Of a DNA stretch of 64,000 nucleotides, positions 1-13,640 are shown piece after piece. The translations under genes and the position numbers were made by a program. The number at the start of each line of letters is the position of its first letter. Positions within the stretch are counted from its first letter, which is position 1. Location of the stretch: NCBI RefSeq assembly GCF_036365525.1, contig NC_090378.1, forward strand, positions 82,452,357-82,516,356, in the 5' to 3' direction. A model generated the notes under the pieces. It had not been told where the DNA came from, did not search any database, and saw only the letters and a program-made list of their open reading frames with translations. This stretch comes from Heterodontus francisci (lineage: Eukaryota).

Positions 1-323
1 CAAAGCTGACTCATAGATGGCGTCTCTGATGTGGGCACACTTGGTCTCAGCATCCCCTGTGGGAGTGTTTTGAAGGGCTGTTACAAGTGAATTTAGAAAT
101 TTTTGTAACAGCTGTGGGTGAGAAATTCAGAATTATTGCATTTATTTATGATCATTTCAGCAATAACAAGTTGCTTTAGATTTTTTAAATATTGGTTACT
201 CTGTTTTTCTGTATTAGACTTTTTATTTAACCAGTAGAATTATCCTGTAACAAATTTAATTTGAATTGATACGGCTGAGATACAGGTGTGCTTTTGTTAT
301 TATCTTTCTTCCTCCTGTTGCAG

Positions 324-617
324 GAACCTCCTGCCTTGAAGAGCCTGCCAGCTACCAGCCTTCCTTAAGAACGTCAGTCTCTACCCGTCTTCCCCGGGGC
401 CCTCTGCCATCGTCATTGATCAAGTCTTCAGACTCTTCGCTCAGGAGCTTGCTTAGCTTCCCTTTTGCACCAGATCCATGTAGTCCTTTTGGCTCTCCTG
501 CTGCAAACCACGTGGGTGACATGATAGACTTGGGCTCGCCCAACTACGGCTCTTTGCACAGCCCTCATGAAGCAAGGAAGGGGCCGAAGCTTTGGACCTC
601 AGCATCTAGTTCATCTG
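324..617 (+). CDS. NDC1: Nucleoporin NDC1 internal coding exon (upstream exons lie before the window)
   Basis: ttgcag| acceptor and |gtaggt donor, phase 1/1; encodes ...SPFGSPAANHVGDMIDLGSPNYGSLHSPHEARKGPKLWTSAS, resembling vertebrate NDC1 'SPQLIRRGPRLWTSAS'. Confidence 0.88.
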
Positions 618-1367
618 GTAGGTCTGTGCTGTGGTTGGTCTGCAGGAGTTGAGATGCTATTCAAACTCATTTATGGAAAACAAAATTTAAAAATTCACCC
701 CAAAATTGACACAATCATGTCAACAGCTTTCCAAATTGATTTGAACATAGCATAATTGAAATGCATAATTATATCGCCAAACTTTAGAGTCTTGATTCTA
801 AATTGGTGACCTCAGGAATTTTGAGGCGTGATTGGGTCAATAATGATTAGTTTGGCGTCTGTGTCTATGTGCGCTTTTTATTTCTGGTCTTCTCCCCCTC
901 CCCCCCCCCCCCCCCCCTCCCCTCCCCTGCTTGTCACCATAGTTTTATCCACTCCTCTCCCGAGGGTGCTGATTGCTGCTACACTACAGATATTACCAGT
1001 CCTCTGCACCCTACCCAAATGGTATTATTTATGTATGAGCCTAAATTGTGCATGTTACTCGTTTAGAGGAGCATCTCAGCCAAGATGAACTCTCTCCTCA
1101 TTCTACATTTTCCAGCAGAGGGTGTTGACTAGCTACCTCTTGTGGTCAGGCTTGCTTTGACAATTAGAAGCATTCGTTGACAAAACAAATGAGGTAAAAA
1201 CTGATGCAGAGTAATTGTAATAGCTTTTAGTTTAATCCACTAGTACATGTGGGTTAAAATTGGTGGAAATAATGACTACTTTGAGAGCCACAGTATTTTA
1301 CACGTTGATATTTGTTTGGGTGAATTATTGGCCTCATTGAGGGTTAACAGTGCCTGTGTGTTTTCAG

Positions 1368-1480
1368 AGTACCCAATGAACACAAGTGAATTTATTGGTC
1401 AAGCTGCCCATGTCAACAGAACTCCTGAAGTAACTAAACACAGTGCCATTTCAGAATGGATGCTTCAGAGACAAGATCAG
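1368..1480 (+). CDS. NDC1: NDC1 coding exon
   Basis: ttttcag| ... cag|gtaaag, phase 1/0; EYPMNTSEF...HSAISEWMLQRQDQ (cf. human SWIQNKREQ). Confidence 0.85.
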
Positions 1481-2399
1481 GTAAAGGTCTCCTGTTTGTT
1501 TGGATGAACCAATCATACGGTGTGTGCTTCCTGAGGTGGATCAATGGGTAAAGGCACTGTGTGGTTCTGGGCCACACCAATTTGATCCACACTCTGTGCT
1601 AAGTTAGCTGATATCGTCTGCGGCAGCAGTTGGGTCTTTACAGGTGGCTGTTCCTGCGCCTCCAACTAGGGTTGTCAACTGTGATTGGAAATACTCCTGA
1701 AGATTTGAACTCGTGCCATTCTGTTCATATGACATCTGATCATGTAATGCCCAATCGCATGGTATCTGATCACATGACTTCTATAAATGTTACTTCATTT
1801 ACCTTTATAAAGGTTGGGTCCCTTGTGACTCAGTGCTTTTGCTCATGGTTTAGCACCACCAGATTTTGTGCACAAGTTCCAAGAACCAGGAGGCCATGCG
1901 GGAGCAGGTGAAGAGGGAAAACCAGGACTGGGGAATCTGAATGTGGGGGAATGATTTTCAGAGGGGTAACTAGAGGTGGGAGGACTTTGATTCCACCAGT
2001 AACTCAATTGTCACTCACTGAAATTGCACAAAAAACTAATAGTAATACTGGTAAAACTTCGATCCCCATCATAACCATTAGTAATGCAATATTCACTGAT
2101 AGTCCATATGTAATTGGCAGAAATAGGTGTGAAGTCCCTATATCCTACCTGTAACGTGTAGTATTCCTATAACCTGCTGACATTCATCCAGAAACCGTAG
2201 CCTGACTTCCCCCTGCACTTCACAAAGTATGATCAGCCTTTCCAGTCAAAGCCACTTGTAACAGGCTCGATTCCTCTCCCTATGTCCTTGGACTCTGATT
2301 TGGACTAAGGTTCTGTGTGAAGGTGACAGCTGTGAACTGGGAGCCTCAGCCAGAGCTGACCTGCATTTGAACTTCACCTATCAAAACCAGCATGCACAG

Positions 2400-2520
2400 A
2401 CTGACCCCCCACCTTCTCTTTCCCCCCACCTTCTCTTTCCCCCCGCCTTCTCTCTTTCCCCCCGCCTTCTCTCTTTCCCCCCGCCGCCCCTCTTTTTCAC
2501 CCCCCCCCCCCCCCCCCCCC
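2400..2520 (+). repeat. Pyrimidine-rich ~20-bp tandem repeat plus poly-C
   Basis: About four copies of ccttctc(tc)tttcccccc(g/a), followed by a long C run. Confidence 0.8.
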
Positions 2521-2838
2521 GCATTCCGGGGAAGACGGGTAGAGACTGACGTGCCATCAGGACCATCTTCCAATCTATGCATGAGTTACTGCCCATTTTA
2601 AATAAGTTAAATGATGGGTTTAAATTACTTGCCAAATATGTGGCATGATTGGACAAATGAAAAGACCTATGGCATATGATTCAGATCTCGCTTGTGACAC
2701 AGAATATAACTCAGTTCTGGCTTGATTGTTTATCCAGTCAGCTGCCTTGTGTAAGATAACTTGCAGCCTCTATCCAGCACCTTAAACCTTAAAACAAAAT
2801 ATATTAACGTGGCTTTGAAATATGTTTTGTTCATTTAG

Positions 2839-2889
2839 GTTAAGACATTCTTGTGGAAACGGGGGCTGGTAATGTATTTATTTAAAAAG
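2839..2889 (+). CDS. NDC1: NDC1 coding exon (51 nt)
   Basis: catttag| ... aag|gtatgg; VKTFLWKRGLVMYLFKK (cf. IKNFLSKRVLIMYFFSK). Confidence 0.9.
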
Positions 2890-4502
2890 GTATGGTCGTG
2901 AGTAATTTATATTGCATCACATCAACAGCATGTCCGATTACACCATTCTGGAAATCTTGCATGTTGCATGCTGCATTGCTTGTCCCTTTGCTCGCACTGT
3001 AGTTTTGTTCAGCATCCTCTTGCATTCGTTAAATGGCTTTGCCAGGCTCAACGGTTTATTTGTACTGCTCTTGGGGCTTTTCTTGGTATTGGCTTGCTAA
3101 CAAAGGGCTCATTCAGTTTCAATTCACATTGAATGAAAGTTGTGTCCAGCTCATTTTATTGATTAACATCAGTTTAGGAATATGAATCTAGGTCTGTTTC
3201 TCACATTGCCATTCACTTTATCAATTCAAAGGCAGTATATGAGTATTTTTATGTTGAAACGGAGAGGATGAACACCAAAGCTTTTGCAAATAATGCATCA
3301 GTTTCACAAGCTGGAAATACAAAAATAAAAGAAATACGCATATTCATAATGTAAAAGATAATGGGTCAGTTTTCCTTTGTAATCAAAGTTTCTGTTTGCA
3401 TTTCAGATTTTATAAATAATGATGTTTTGGTAATGGTATGATGAATACTGCCATCTCTTTCTGTCCTGTTTTAATCTTTTGATGCATTAGTTCCTCAAGC
3501 AGGGAGTGAATACTAAGCTTCTCATTCTGTCCAACTGATTTCAAAGGAAGTGTTTTGTTTCCAGTTGCTTTTAATCTTTTTAGGTCTCAAGACCTACAGT
3601 TCTGTTAACTGCTTGCTATTCCTGAACAAACTCTAATATTTCGTATCTGTCTATATGGTGCATGTATTTTCTTAGGGAAGTTTTTTTAAATTTGTTTCAT
3701 GGGATGTGTGTATCACTAAAATTTACAAGCAGTGGCTGTTGTCCTCTAATCTGAGTAGCATATAAATAACTGCTGTTACCTGGAGTCACCTAGTTAGAGT
3801 TCTGGCCATGGCCTAAATCATATTAGCAGGTAAATATCATAACTGTCATCCAGACCCAGTACTATCAGTGAGCAACGATAATATTCAGTATTAACAGAAA
3901 AGAGGTGACAAATACATATGAATATTTTGTAAGAAACAAACATATCTTCATAGTTCAGCAAAAGTAGTTTTCACTTCATTTACATAGCAGCATTTTTCTA
4001 TAACTCAGGTAGGGCATAATGATGGGATACCTCCAGTGAAGTTAAAATCTACCCCTTTCTCCTTTGGAGAATGTGGGATATTCTCATCCTAATTGATAAA
4101 GGGGTCCTGCGATCTTGGCCTCAACTTCAGCTTCTGATTCAGCAGAGATATTTGTGGAGATTGTTTACGTCAGCCAGAGTTAGTCTCAGTGACCACACAG
4201 GACCAAGATACCACTTATTTCTATAAATAGAGGCAAGTTGGGAGAAAAGCACAAAATGAACAGTACAACATTAGAGGTATTGCTTAAGGAGATGAGTGGA
4301 GATTATACCTGAACAGGAGGGGATGGGGAAGTAGGATGGAAAGTAGTACTCAAAGGGGAGGAAATGAGAAAGGCAAGGGAGAAACTTAACATTTTGAGGT
4401 CTATTCTACCCTCGTTGCATTAGATTTTTGAATTTTTAGATCATTCTCATGGGTGAGTCCAAACTCCCTATGCTTTTCACTGTCTAAACTATCTTTGGGT
4501 AA

Positions 4503-5413
4503 TGTCAGGCAAAACCTGCCAAGATTGAGGCACACATGATTTGGCCACGTGAACATTAAAACTTAAAATTGCAAGCCCCTGACCGGAAAGACATTTCCAT
4601 GGTAACCGACAGTGTTGGAACAAGCGGCAAAGGGCCGTGCCCTGACTCATTCAACCAACAATGACCTTTTGATTACCAGACGTTGAAGGTGGGGGGGAGC
4701 TAGCATTCCAGAGACTAAGGTACAATCCACAAACTTCGCAGGAGAGACTGTTCCATATAAGGAGCTGGTCACATGACTAACCTGCTGGGCAACCTGGGAG
4801 TTTTTTTTTGAAGTTGAACTCTCAACAAAGGAATTGGAAGTGAGACAAAGCCATGTGCTCATGGAGTAAAGATTTCTCCTGGAACTGATGCAAGAATTTC
4901 AGCCTCTCCTGTCTGCCTGCTTCCATCTCCTTCCCACGGAACTGAATCTTGTGAAAACATGTGAAACTCAAAGAGAGAAAAGTTTCCTACGTGAACAAGG
5001 TTTTAAGAAGACTACTGGGCCCCAACGAAAAGCAAGACTGCTTACAAAAGGACTACAGTGAGCTCGAAGCACCATAACAAGATATTGCCTCAAACCCCTC
5101 TCTACTATATTTTCCTCTTTTCTGTTCCTATCTGCATGTGTATATTGCATGTGCATGCTAGCGTGGGCGCATCGTATATCCGTAGATTTGAACTGTATTA
5201 GAGCTTGAGTTTAAGTTTTAATAAAATTTCTTCATCTTTAAACCAAAGAAAGCCTGTTTGTGCTAATTTCTTTGCCTTATCATTGGAAAGTTGTGAACAA
5301 GGATTCACAAAGGGGGAGCTCAAAACAGTGTGTTTAAAATTAAACCCTGTTACAATAAGACCAGGTGAAGATCGTAACAGACCCCTAGACACATTTCTCA
5401 CCTGGTCATAACA
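4503..5413 (+). mobile_element. Solo LTR (911 bp) in an NDC1 intron
   Basis: TGT...ACA termini, 4-bp TSD GTAA (4499-4502 / 5414-5417), internal TATAA (~4757) and AATAAA (~5220), no coding sequence. Confidence 0.8.
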
Positions 5414-6498
5414 GTAATCTCTCCATAATTGACCCAAAATAACTAACAGCTACTGGAATTATCCTTTTGTTAGCTTGGAATTTTCCTCCCATCAATGATG
5501 AACAGTACAGCATCACATTTTTGGGCCTTGTTTCAAGTTTAAATTATTAAGCAAAATGATTTTACAACAGGTGAAAAACATAAAAGTGACATTGAGTATA
5601 TTTAGATAGAATGTTCCTGTCTATCTTAATGAAACTAAGTGATGACCCAGTACCAAGTTATTTTGTAGAATATTATTAATTAAATGGAATGCTTTTATTG
5701 TATTTCTTACTACTCATGGAGCATAAACACCAACATAGACCTATTGGGCTGAATGGCCTGTTCCTGTGCTGTAAATTCTATGTAATTAATGGCTTAAACT
5801 ACTCTGCTCCAAGCAGCCTTTCCAGTTCAAACAGCTACAAATGCTTAAGTATCCACAGAATGACTGGGACTTCCTGACTTTGAATCTCAGACAATTATTT
5901 TTGAATGTTATTGACAGTCATAATTGAACAGTTTGTTTGAAAGTAGCTTCACTCCTTTTCAGACAACTAAATTAAACTTGCAACATTGGTATCGAGTTAA
6001 GCTTGCTTACGAGGTTTTGTCTGCAGTTGATTGCTTATTGTATTGTGACTGGATTTAAAGGAACAGCCGCCGAGCCTGCCCTAAACCAAAAAGCCTTTTT
6101 TGTGACAGAGATTAGCACTTAAAAAGGGAATAATGCAAATGTGCCTGCACTTTGAGGGACAGGGGTTGTGTCAGGCAAGTGAGAAGAAAATGTTCTTTAA
6201 ATTACATCTCATACAAGTTATTTTTAACATGGCTAGTTTCAATTGTGCACGTCTGATTTTGTTTTAAAAAACTGAAATATATCGAGCATAATTTTGCCAA
6301 TTGGTAAGCTGCTTTGAAATGATCCAGATTAATGGTTTCGATATGATCCACTGGGCAGCTTTGCTGTTTGCGTGACTGACATGCTGTGGTGTTTCAAAAT
6401 CCCAACTGCCCTGTCTTGTCCATCTTACTTATGGTGCGTGGTCTTTTTTTAATTTCTTTATCATGGAGAGATTAGTTTTAACTATATTTTCTTTTCAG

Positions 6499-6562
6499 CT
6501 TCCAGAAGCTTCAAGTCAGGCTCTGTTTGCCAACAGTCAAGCACATATATGGGCTCTTGAAG
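6499..6562 (+). CDS. NDC1: NDC1 coding exon (64 nt)
   Basis: ttttcag| ... g|gtaact; LPEASSQALFANSQAHIWALE(G). Confidence 0.93.
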
Positions 6563-7608
6563 GTAACTGCTTATGTGTGAAATGTGGTATTTACAGAATG
6601 AAATCATAAGTGTTAAGGAATTCCTTCAAACCAGCAATAAGTTTTATTCCATTTAACGTGAAACATATTTATAGTTAATCCAACCCAAATGTTATGGTAG
6701 TTTTTCATTAACTCCTGGGGGTTTATAGTTGTGCTTCCCGCCCATTGAACTTGTAACCTTTTTAAAGCGCTCATAATACCATCATTAAGGAATTGTTCTT
6801 TAGCAGCAATCTGCCTGTTTTCATTTTGGCCTAACTGATGCTCTTTAAAGGTATCAAATGAATCCTTGCCCATAGAATTTTTCAGTGATTTTATATATTT
6901 AAAACTGTAGGAAGCTGTTGTGTGATGCTAAATACGTGATGGGATATTGTAACTGTTGGTGGCCTGTTTTCCAAATTGCTGCCCTGGAAATGTACAGGTT
7001 AATATAGTTTTTTTTTAATGAACCACTTTGGTGTGTATCTTCCCCACCCCCCAGCCGTGACATTGCTCCCGGTAAGTTGGGGATAATTGTGTCTGTTCCT
7101 GTATCTGTGTCATCTTTGTGTTATGTGCACACTGCTTGCTTTTTTTCTCTGGCTCTTTGCTTACCTCTCCTTCCTTCTATTTTTCTCTCTTTGTTTCAAG
7201 TGTGTGCTGCTGGGTGAGGAAGGAAGCTGCACACATCCATGTACTGCATTTTGGGGTTGAGTACTGGGATCTAGCCAGGGTAAGAGTCCAGATTTTGAGT
7301 TGCAGATTCGGAGAGTGGGGAGAGAAGGCAGGTCCAGCGAGGCCTGCAGGGAGATTTCAGGTCACGAAGGAGGGGTACAGCCAGGCCAAAACCATAAAGT
7401 AATTTCCTGCCCCTTAGGCTATGTTTACTACTGAACCAGCAACCCAAAAGTTGTGAGTTCAGATCCCTGCATGGTAAGATTGAATTCAGAAATTCTGGTA
7501 GCTTGTGGGCTAACTCCAGAAAGTGACCAGTTCATTTTTATGTCCTTCCCTATCACCCAGTCAAGTCTGGCATGCACGTGATTCTAGTCCCAAGCTATAT
7601 GGTTAATT

Positions 7609-10600
7609 CATAGAATGGTTACAGCACAGAAGGAGGCCATTTGGCCCATCGTGTCTGTGCCAGCTCTCTGCAGGAGCAATTCACCTAGTCCCCACTCCTC
7701 TACCCTTTCCCCGTAGACCTGCAATTGTTCTCTTCTAATTATCTAATTCTCTTTTGAAGGCCTTGATTAAATTTGCCTCCACCACACTCGGGCAGTATAT
7801 TCCAGATCCTAACTACTCATTGCGTAAAAAAGATTTTCCTCATGTCGCTGTCGCTTCTTTTGCCAATCACCTTAAATCCTCCTATTTCTGAATTCTTCCT
7901 CTAATGAGAACAGGTGCTCCCTATCTACTCTGTCCAGACCCCTCATGATTTTGATCAGCTCTATCAAATCTCCTCTTAATCCTTCTCTTCTCCAAGGAGA
8001 ACAGACCCAGCTTTTCTAGCCTATCCACATAACTGAAGTTTTTCATCCATGGAACAATTCTTGTGAATCTTTTCTGCATCTTCTCTAATGCCTTCACATC
8101 CTTCCTAACGCGTGGGGCCCAGAAATGAGTTGAGGCTGAACCAGTGTTTTTTTACAGTTTTATCATAACTTCCTTGTTTTTGTACTCTATGCCCCTATTT
8201 ACAAAGCCCAGGATCCCGTATGCTTTATTAACTGCTTTCTCAACCTGCCGTGCCACCTTCAATGATTTGTGTCCCTCTGCTCCTGCACCCCCTTTAGATT
8301 TGTACCCTTGAATTTATATTGCCTCTCCTCATTCTTCCTACTAAAATGAACCACTTCACATTTCTATGCATTAAATTTCATCTGCCACTTGTCTACCCAT
8401 TCCACCATCCTGTCTATGTCCTCTTGAAGTTTATCACTATCCTCCTCACAGTTCACAATATTTTCAAGTTTTATGTCATCTGCAAATTTTGAAATTGTGC
8501 TCTGTACACCCAAGTCTAGATCATTAATATAGATCAAGAAATGCAGTGGTCCTAATACTGATCTCTGGGGAACCCCACTGTAATACCTTCCTCCAGTCCA
8601 AAAGACAACAGTTCACCAGTACTCTCTGTTTCCTGTCACTCAGCCAATTTTGTATCCATGCTGCTACTGACCCTTTTATTCCATGGCTCTAACTTTGCTG
8701 ACAAGCCTGTTATGTGGCACTTTATCAAATGCCTTTTGGAAGTCCGTGTACACCACATTAACCTCGTTGCCCTCATCAACCATCTGTTACCTCATCAAAA
8801 AGCTCAAGCAAGTTAGTTAAACATGATTTGCCCTTAAGAAATCTGTGCTGGCTTTCCTTAATTAATCCACATTTGTGCAAATGACTTTAAATTGTGTCCC
8901 GAATTATCGTTTCTAAAAGCTTTCCCACCACTGAGGTTAAACTGACTGGCCTGTAATTGCTGGGCATATCCTTACACCCTTTTTTAAACATGGATGTAGG
9001 ATTTGCAAATCTCCAGTCCTCTGACACCATCACTGCATCTAAGGAGGATTGGAAGATTACGGCTAGTGCTCTGTAATTTCCTCCCTTACTTCTCTCAGCA
9101 TCCTAGGATTCATCTCATCCAGTTCTGGTGACTTTAAGTACAGCCAGCCTATCTGGTACCTCCGCTTCATCAATTTTTAGCCCATCCAGTGTCTCAACTA
9201 CCCTCTCTTTCACCGTGACTTGGGCAGTATCTTCTTTGGTCAAGGCAAAGTACTCATTTAGTACCTCAACTCTGCCTCCTGCCTCCATGCTCCCTAATCA
9301 TCCCCACTCCTCCTTTTACCACTCCTTTACTATTTATATGCCTATAGAAGACTTTTGGATTTTTTTTATTCATTTGTGGGATGTGGGCGTCGCTGGCTAG
9401 GCCAGCATTTATTGCCCATCCCTAATTGCCCTTAAGTAGGTGGTGGTGAGCTGCTGGCTTGGACTGCTGCAGTCCTTGGGGTGCAGGCATACCCACAGGG
9501 CTGTTAGGAAGGGAGTTCCTGAATCTTGACCAGTGACCGTGAAGGGACAACGATATAGTTCCAGGTCAGGATGATGTGTGGCTTGGAGGGGAAGTTGCAG
9601 GTGGTGGCGTTTCCATGCATCTGCTGCCCTTCTCCTTCTAGGTGGTAGAGGTCATGGGTTTGGAAGGTGCTGTCGAAGGAGCCTTAGTGAGTTGCTGCAG
9701 TGCATCTTGTAGATGGTACACACTGCTGCCATGGTGCATCGGTGGTGGAGGGAGTGAATGTTGGTAGAATGGGTGCCAATCAAGTGGTCTCCTTTGTCCT
9801 GGATGGTGTCGAGCTTCTCGAGTGTTGTTGGAGCTGCATCCATCCAGGTAAGTGAAGAGTATTCCATCACACTCCTGACTTGTGCCTTGTAGATGGTGGA
9901 CAGGCTTTGGGCAGTCAGGAGGTGAGTTACTCGCCGCAGAATTCCCAGCCTCTGACTGCTCTTATAGCCACTGTATTAATGTGGCTGGTCCAGTTCAGTT
10001 TCTGGTCAGTGGTAACCCCCAGGATGTTGATAGGGGATTTAGCAATGGTAATGCCGTTGAATGTCATGGGGAGATGGTTAGATTCTCTTGTTTGAGATGG
10101 TCATTGCCCAACACTTGTGTGGCACGAATGTTACTTGCCACTTATCAGCCCAAGCCTGGATGTTGTCCAGATCTTGCTGCATATGGACATGGGCTGCTTC
10201 AGTATCTGAGGAGTCACGAATGATGCTGAACATTGTGCAATCATCAGCGAACATCCCCACTTCTGACCTTATGATGGAGAGAAGGTCATTGATGAAGTAG
10301 CTGAAGATGGTTGGGCCTCGGACACTACCTTGAGGAACTCCTTGTATGTTAGCTGCCAGTCTCTTCTCATACTGTCTCTTTGCTGCTCTTATTTGTTTTA
10401 TTCACTTCCCCTCTGAACCTTCTATATTCAGCCTGGTTCTCAATTGTATTATCCACCTGGCATCTGTCATATGTACACTTTTTCTGCTTCATCTTACTCT
10501 CTATCTCTTTCATCAGCCAGGGAGCTCTGACTGATCGCCCTACCTTTTCCCCCTTGTGGGAAGGTACCTTGACTGTATCCAAACTATCTCCTCTTTAAAG

Positions 10601-11200
10601 GCAGCCCATTGTTCAGTTACATTTTTGCCTGCCAATCTTTGATTCCACTTTAGCTGGGCCAGATCTGTTCTCAATCCATTGAAGTTGGCCCTCCCCCAAT
10701 TAATTATTTTTACTCTGGATTGCTCCTTATCCTTTTCCATAGCTAACCTAAACCTTATGATGCTATCATCACTGTCCACTAAATGTTCCACGACTGACAC
10801 TTGATTCACTTGACCCACCTCATTCCCCAAAACCAGGTGCAGCAAAATGCCTCCTTCCTCATTGGACTGGAAATATACTGATGTAGAAACTTCTCCTGAA
10901 CGCACTCTGGAAACTCTTGCCCTTCTGTGCCCTATTATCCAAGTCTATATTAGAATAATTAAAGTCTCCCATTATAACTACTCTGTAATTCTTGCACCTC
11001 TCTGTAATTTCCTTGCAAATGTGTTCCTCTATTAGTTTCCCACCAGGTGGTGTCCTATAGAATACAACCTAATGGTACCTCTATTGTTTCTTGGCTCTAA
11101 CCAAATAGATTCTGTCCTTGACCCCTCTCAGACTTCCTCTCTCTCCAGCACTATAATGTTTTCCTTAATACTGCTAACCCTTCTCCTTTCTTTTCTTCCC
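7609..11200 (-). mobile_element. Decayed CR1 LINE (endonuclease-RT), split by a younger LINE at ~9361-10340
   Basis: Minus-strand fragments LHLVLGNEVGQV...GDSD-like, NWGRANF; CR1 3' tail at ~7609-7660; sequence resumes in register after the insert. Confidence 0.85.
9361..10340 (-). mobile_element. 5'-truncated copy of the tRNA-headed LINE family (RT C-terminal part and 3' tail)
   Basis: GMFADDCTMFS...QQDLDNIQAWADKWQVTF; colinear with 36560-37510; A-rich tail at 9361. Confidence 0.9.
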
Positions 11201-11920
11201 CATACGCCACATGATTGGTGGTGGGGGGGTGGGGAGGGCGGTGCAGGGAGCCACCCTGCATATCATAATGAGATGTGTGCCAACTGCCATTTTTTGCACC
11301 CACTGCTACTCCTGGCTGCAGGACTACAACATCCACCCCATAGAGTGGGTTAAAGTGTGAAAAGTAACAGTAGGCAAAGGGCTATCGGTGAAGTCATAGG
11401 TAAGGGTCATTGCGGCAATGAGAGGGATGAAATATTCCGTCCTCTGACTCGGCTTGAATAATGTCACAGGAAATTAGCCAGTGTATGTATGTACTTATGT
11501 TGAAATTCTCTAAATATCCTCCCTCCCCGCCCGCCCCACCAAAGATACAAACGTGTTATATACAGCTGGCTATGGAAATTTTTTGAAAGTGGGAATAAAA
11601 TTTTATGTTTCACTCCTTGCTGGCAGAGCTTCATAAATGGTGATTAACCTGTTAACTAGAAGAGAATGCAGGGCTTTTCCGACACATGCGAGCATGCATA
11701 ACTCTCTTGTACAATAATCTTTTAAAAATAAAGATTTTTCAGCTGTCAGTGACTGTCTTGTATTCATTTTATGCAATAAAATTATAACAATTTTAAATGA
11801 GGTTTTTTTAAAAAAAGGCTTTAATTACACTTCCTATATTTTAGGTTTGCTATCAATTTTGCTGTTCTTCCTTCAGTTTTAAAAGTAGCTGAAGTTATGA
11901 ATATCTATTTAAATCCATCC

Positions 11921-12020
11921 AGTTCTGATGAAAGGCTATCGACCTGAAACATTAACCTGTTCTCTCTCCACAGATGCTGCCAGACCTGTAGAGCGTTTCC
12001 AACATTTTCTGTTCTTATTT
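11921..12020 (+). mobile_element. Penelope-like terminal repeat fragment with a degenerate hammerhead motif
   Basis: agttCTGATGAaagg...cctGAAAcattaac followed by the family sequence ccacagatgctgccagacctg. Confidence 0.65.
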
Positions 12021-12392
12021 TAAATTCTCCCCATTTCCTGTTGGATACTAAAGGCTTTTTTATTTAAAACCACTGAGACATGCGTTTTCTTGCTCTGGTT
12101 GTATCTCTGGATTGACTGGATCAAATCAATATTGGTTGACGGTTAAAATCCCAAATGGACCAGAGTGTCCAGCCAATTGACACTATTGCCAGCACAAGCT
12201 GCTGATCTGCAGGAACAAGTTATCAAGGTGCTCGAGAGCTTAGAATTGAACTAAATAACTGGATTGTTTTGGATATTATGAAAGTGCTTCTCTTTTTGTT
12301 AAAAATATTTTTTAAAGCATTCATAGTCAAACTGAAGAAATGTAGGACCAGTTTTTTTTTCAAGAGGCTCATCAAGAGGACACTGAAAGAGC

Positions 12393-12493
12393 TAAAAACA
12401 GAAAGTGCTGGAAATACTCAGCAGGTCAGGCAGCATCTGTGGAGAGAGAAGCAGAGTTAACGTTTCGGGTCTGTGACCTTTCATCAGAACTGG
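12393..12493 (-). mobile_element. Penelope-like terminal repeat fragment with a minimal hammerhead ribozyme motif (12491-12455)
   Basis: Minus strand agtt-CTGATGA-aa-ggtc-aca-gacc-c-GAAAC-GTT-aact: core boxes, stem II and stem I (agtt/aact) present. Confidence 0.7.
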
Positions 12494-12494
12494 A

Positions 12495-13352
12495 CTGAGA
12501 ATTAATTTGGCAACAACATTTACTGGTTGTCACATGACTCAAGTTAAAAATAGAATAGAAACCCTGGTAACTGGGGAAGATGTGGGCAGAGCAGTGATAG
12601 TCGCGTGCCCCTTGACAGGACAAGTCTGCTGAAGAAGTGTCACGGAGGAAGAGACAAGATTCTTGCTGAATGTTTAAAGAGTCAAGCCTGCAGAAAGGGA
12701 AGAGAATTCCCAAGGAAGGAGAGACGACCACAACCCAGCTCAGCTTTCCAGCACCTCTCTAATAGACCCTGAGAAGTCCACTGTGTCAACTCATCTCATC
12801 TCCCGTCTTTGAAGAAAAGTCTGCTAAATTAATTTTCAACGCCGCCTCTAAAAGATCCCAGTGACCCATCTACGTGTATTCGGAGGCTAGAGCGGATGCC
12901 AGCTTTGGAACACAACATATCTCATCTGCTGTTTTCTTCAAAAATGAGCAATATTCATCCCTAGTGTTTTTTTTGTCTGTAACAGAGCTCTGAATAAAAA
13001 AATCCCTTTTATTTTTCTGATTAACGTGCGTGCTCGTGTGTGTGCGTGTTCGTGTGTGTGCGTGTTCGTGTGTGTGTTCGTATGCGTGTGTGTGTTCGTG
13101 TACGTATGCGTGAGGTAAAAGGGGAACTTTAAAATTTCAATCTGTGTTTATGCTTTACTTCATTACTGGTTAATACTTGTTTTGTAATCTGATAATTTTG
13201 TTTATTATAAAACCTGGTTAGTGTGTTTTATTCTGGGGAAAAAGAGTATATGATTCACTGTATTGGTAAGGGGAAAATTTAAATATATATTGTGGCCTGT
13301 GGAGAAGTGGAGCTAGAATAAACAGTGCACTCCTCCTGCCTCTGTCGTAACA
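12495..13352 (+). mobile_element. Partial or solo LTR (5' end not resolved) with an internal GT-rich tract
   Basis: Ends ...gtcgtaaca like the other two LTRs; AATAAA near 12993; (GT)-rich repeat 13025-13112. Confidence 0.55.
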
Positions 13353-13640
13353 ACATCAATTGTCATAGATTTAGTGATGTAATTTAAGTCTCATTTAATA
13401 AACCCAAAACCCCACTTGCCAGAATAAATAGTGAGAGCAACTTTTTTTTTCCTCCATGTTTTTTACTCTGGTTAGTCAATCATTAGTCTTTCTGCAGCTG
13501 GTAAACTTTAAATGTTAATCAGTCTACAACAAATCCAGATTGAACTCTTGTCTTTTTTTTCCAGACTGTTCTAGTAGAATGGTGAGATTTTATTTAATTT
13601 TGCTGGTGTTTGAATTCATTTGCTGTATTTTTTTTTGCAG

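Noticed and set aside
2346-2656. Overlapping low-complexity ORFs on both strands
   Set aside because: Produced by the C/T tandem repeat and poly-C run
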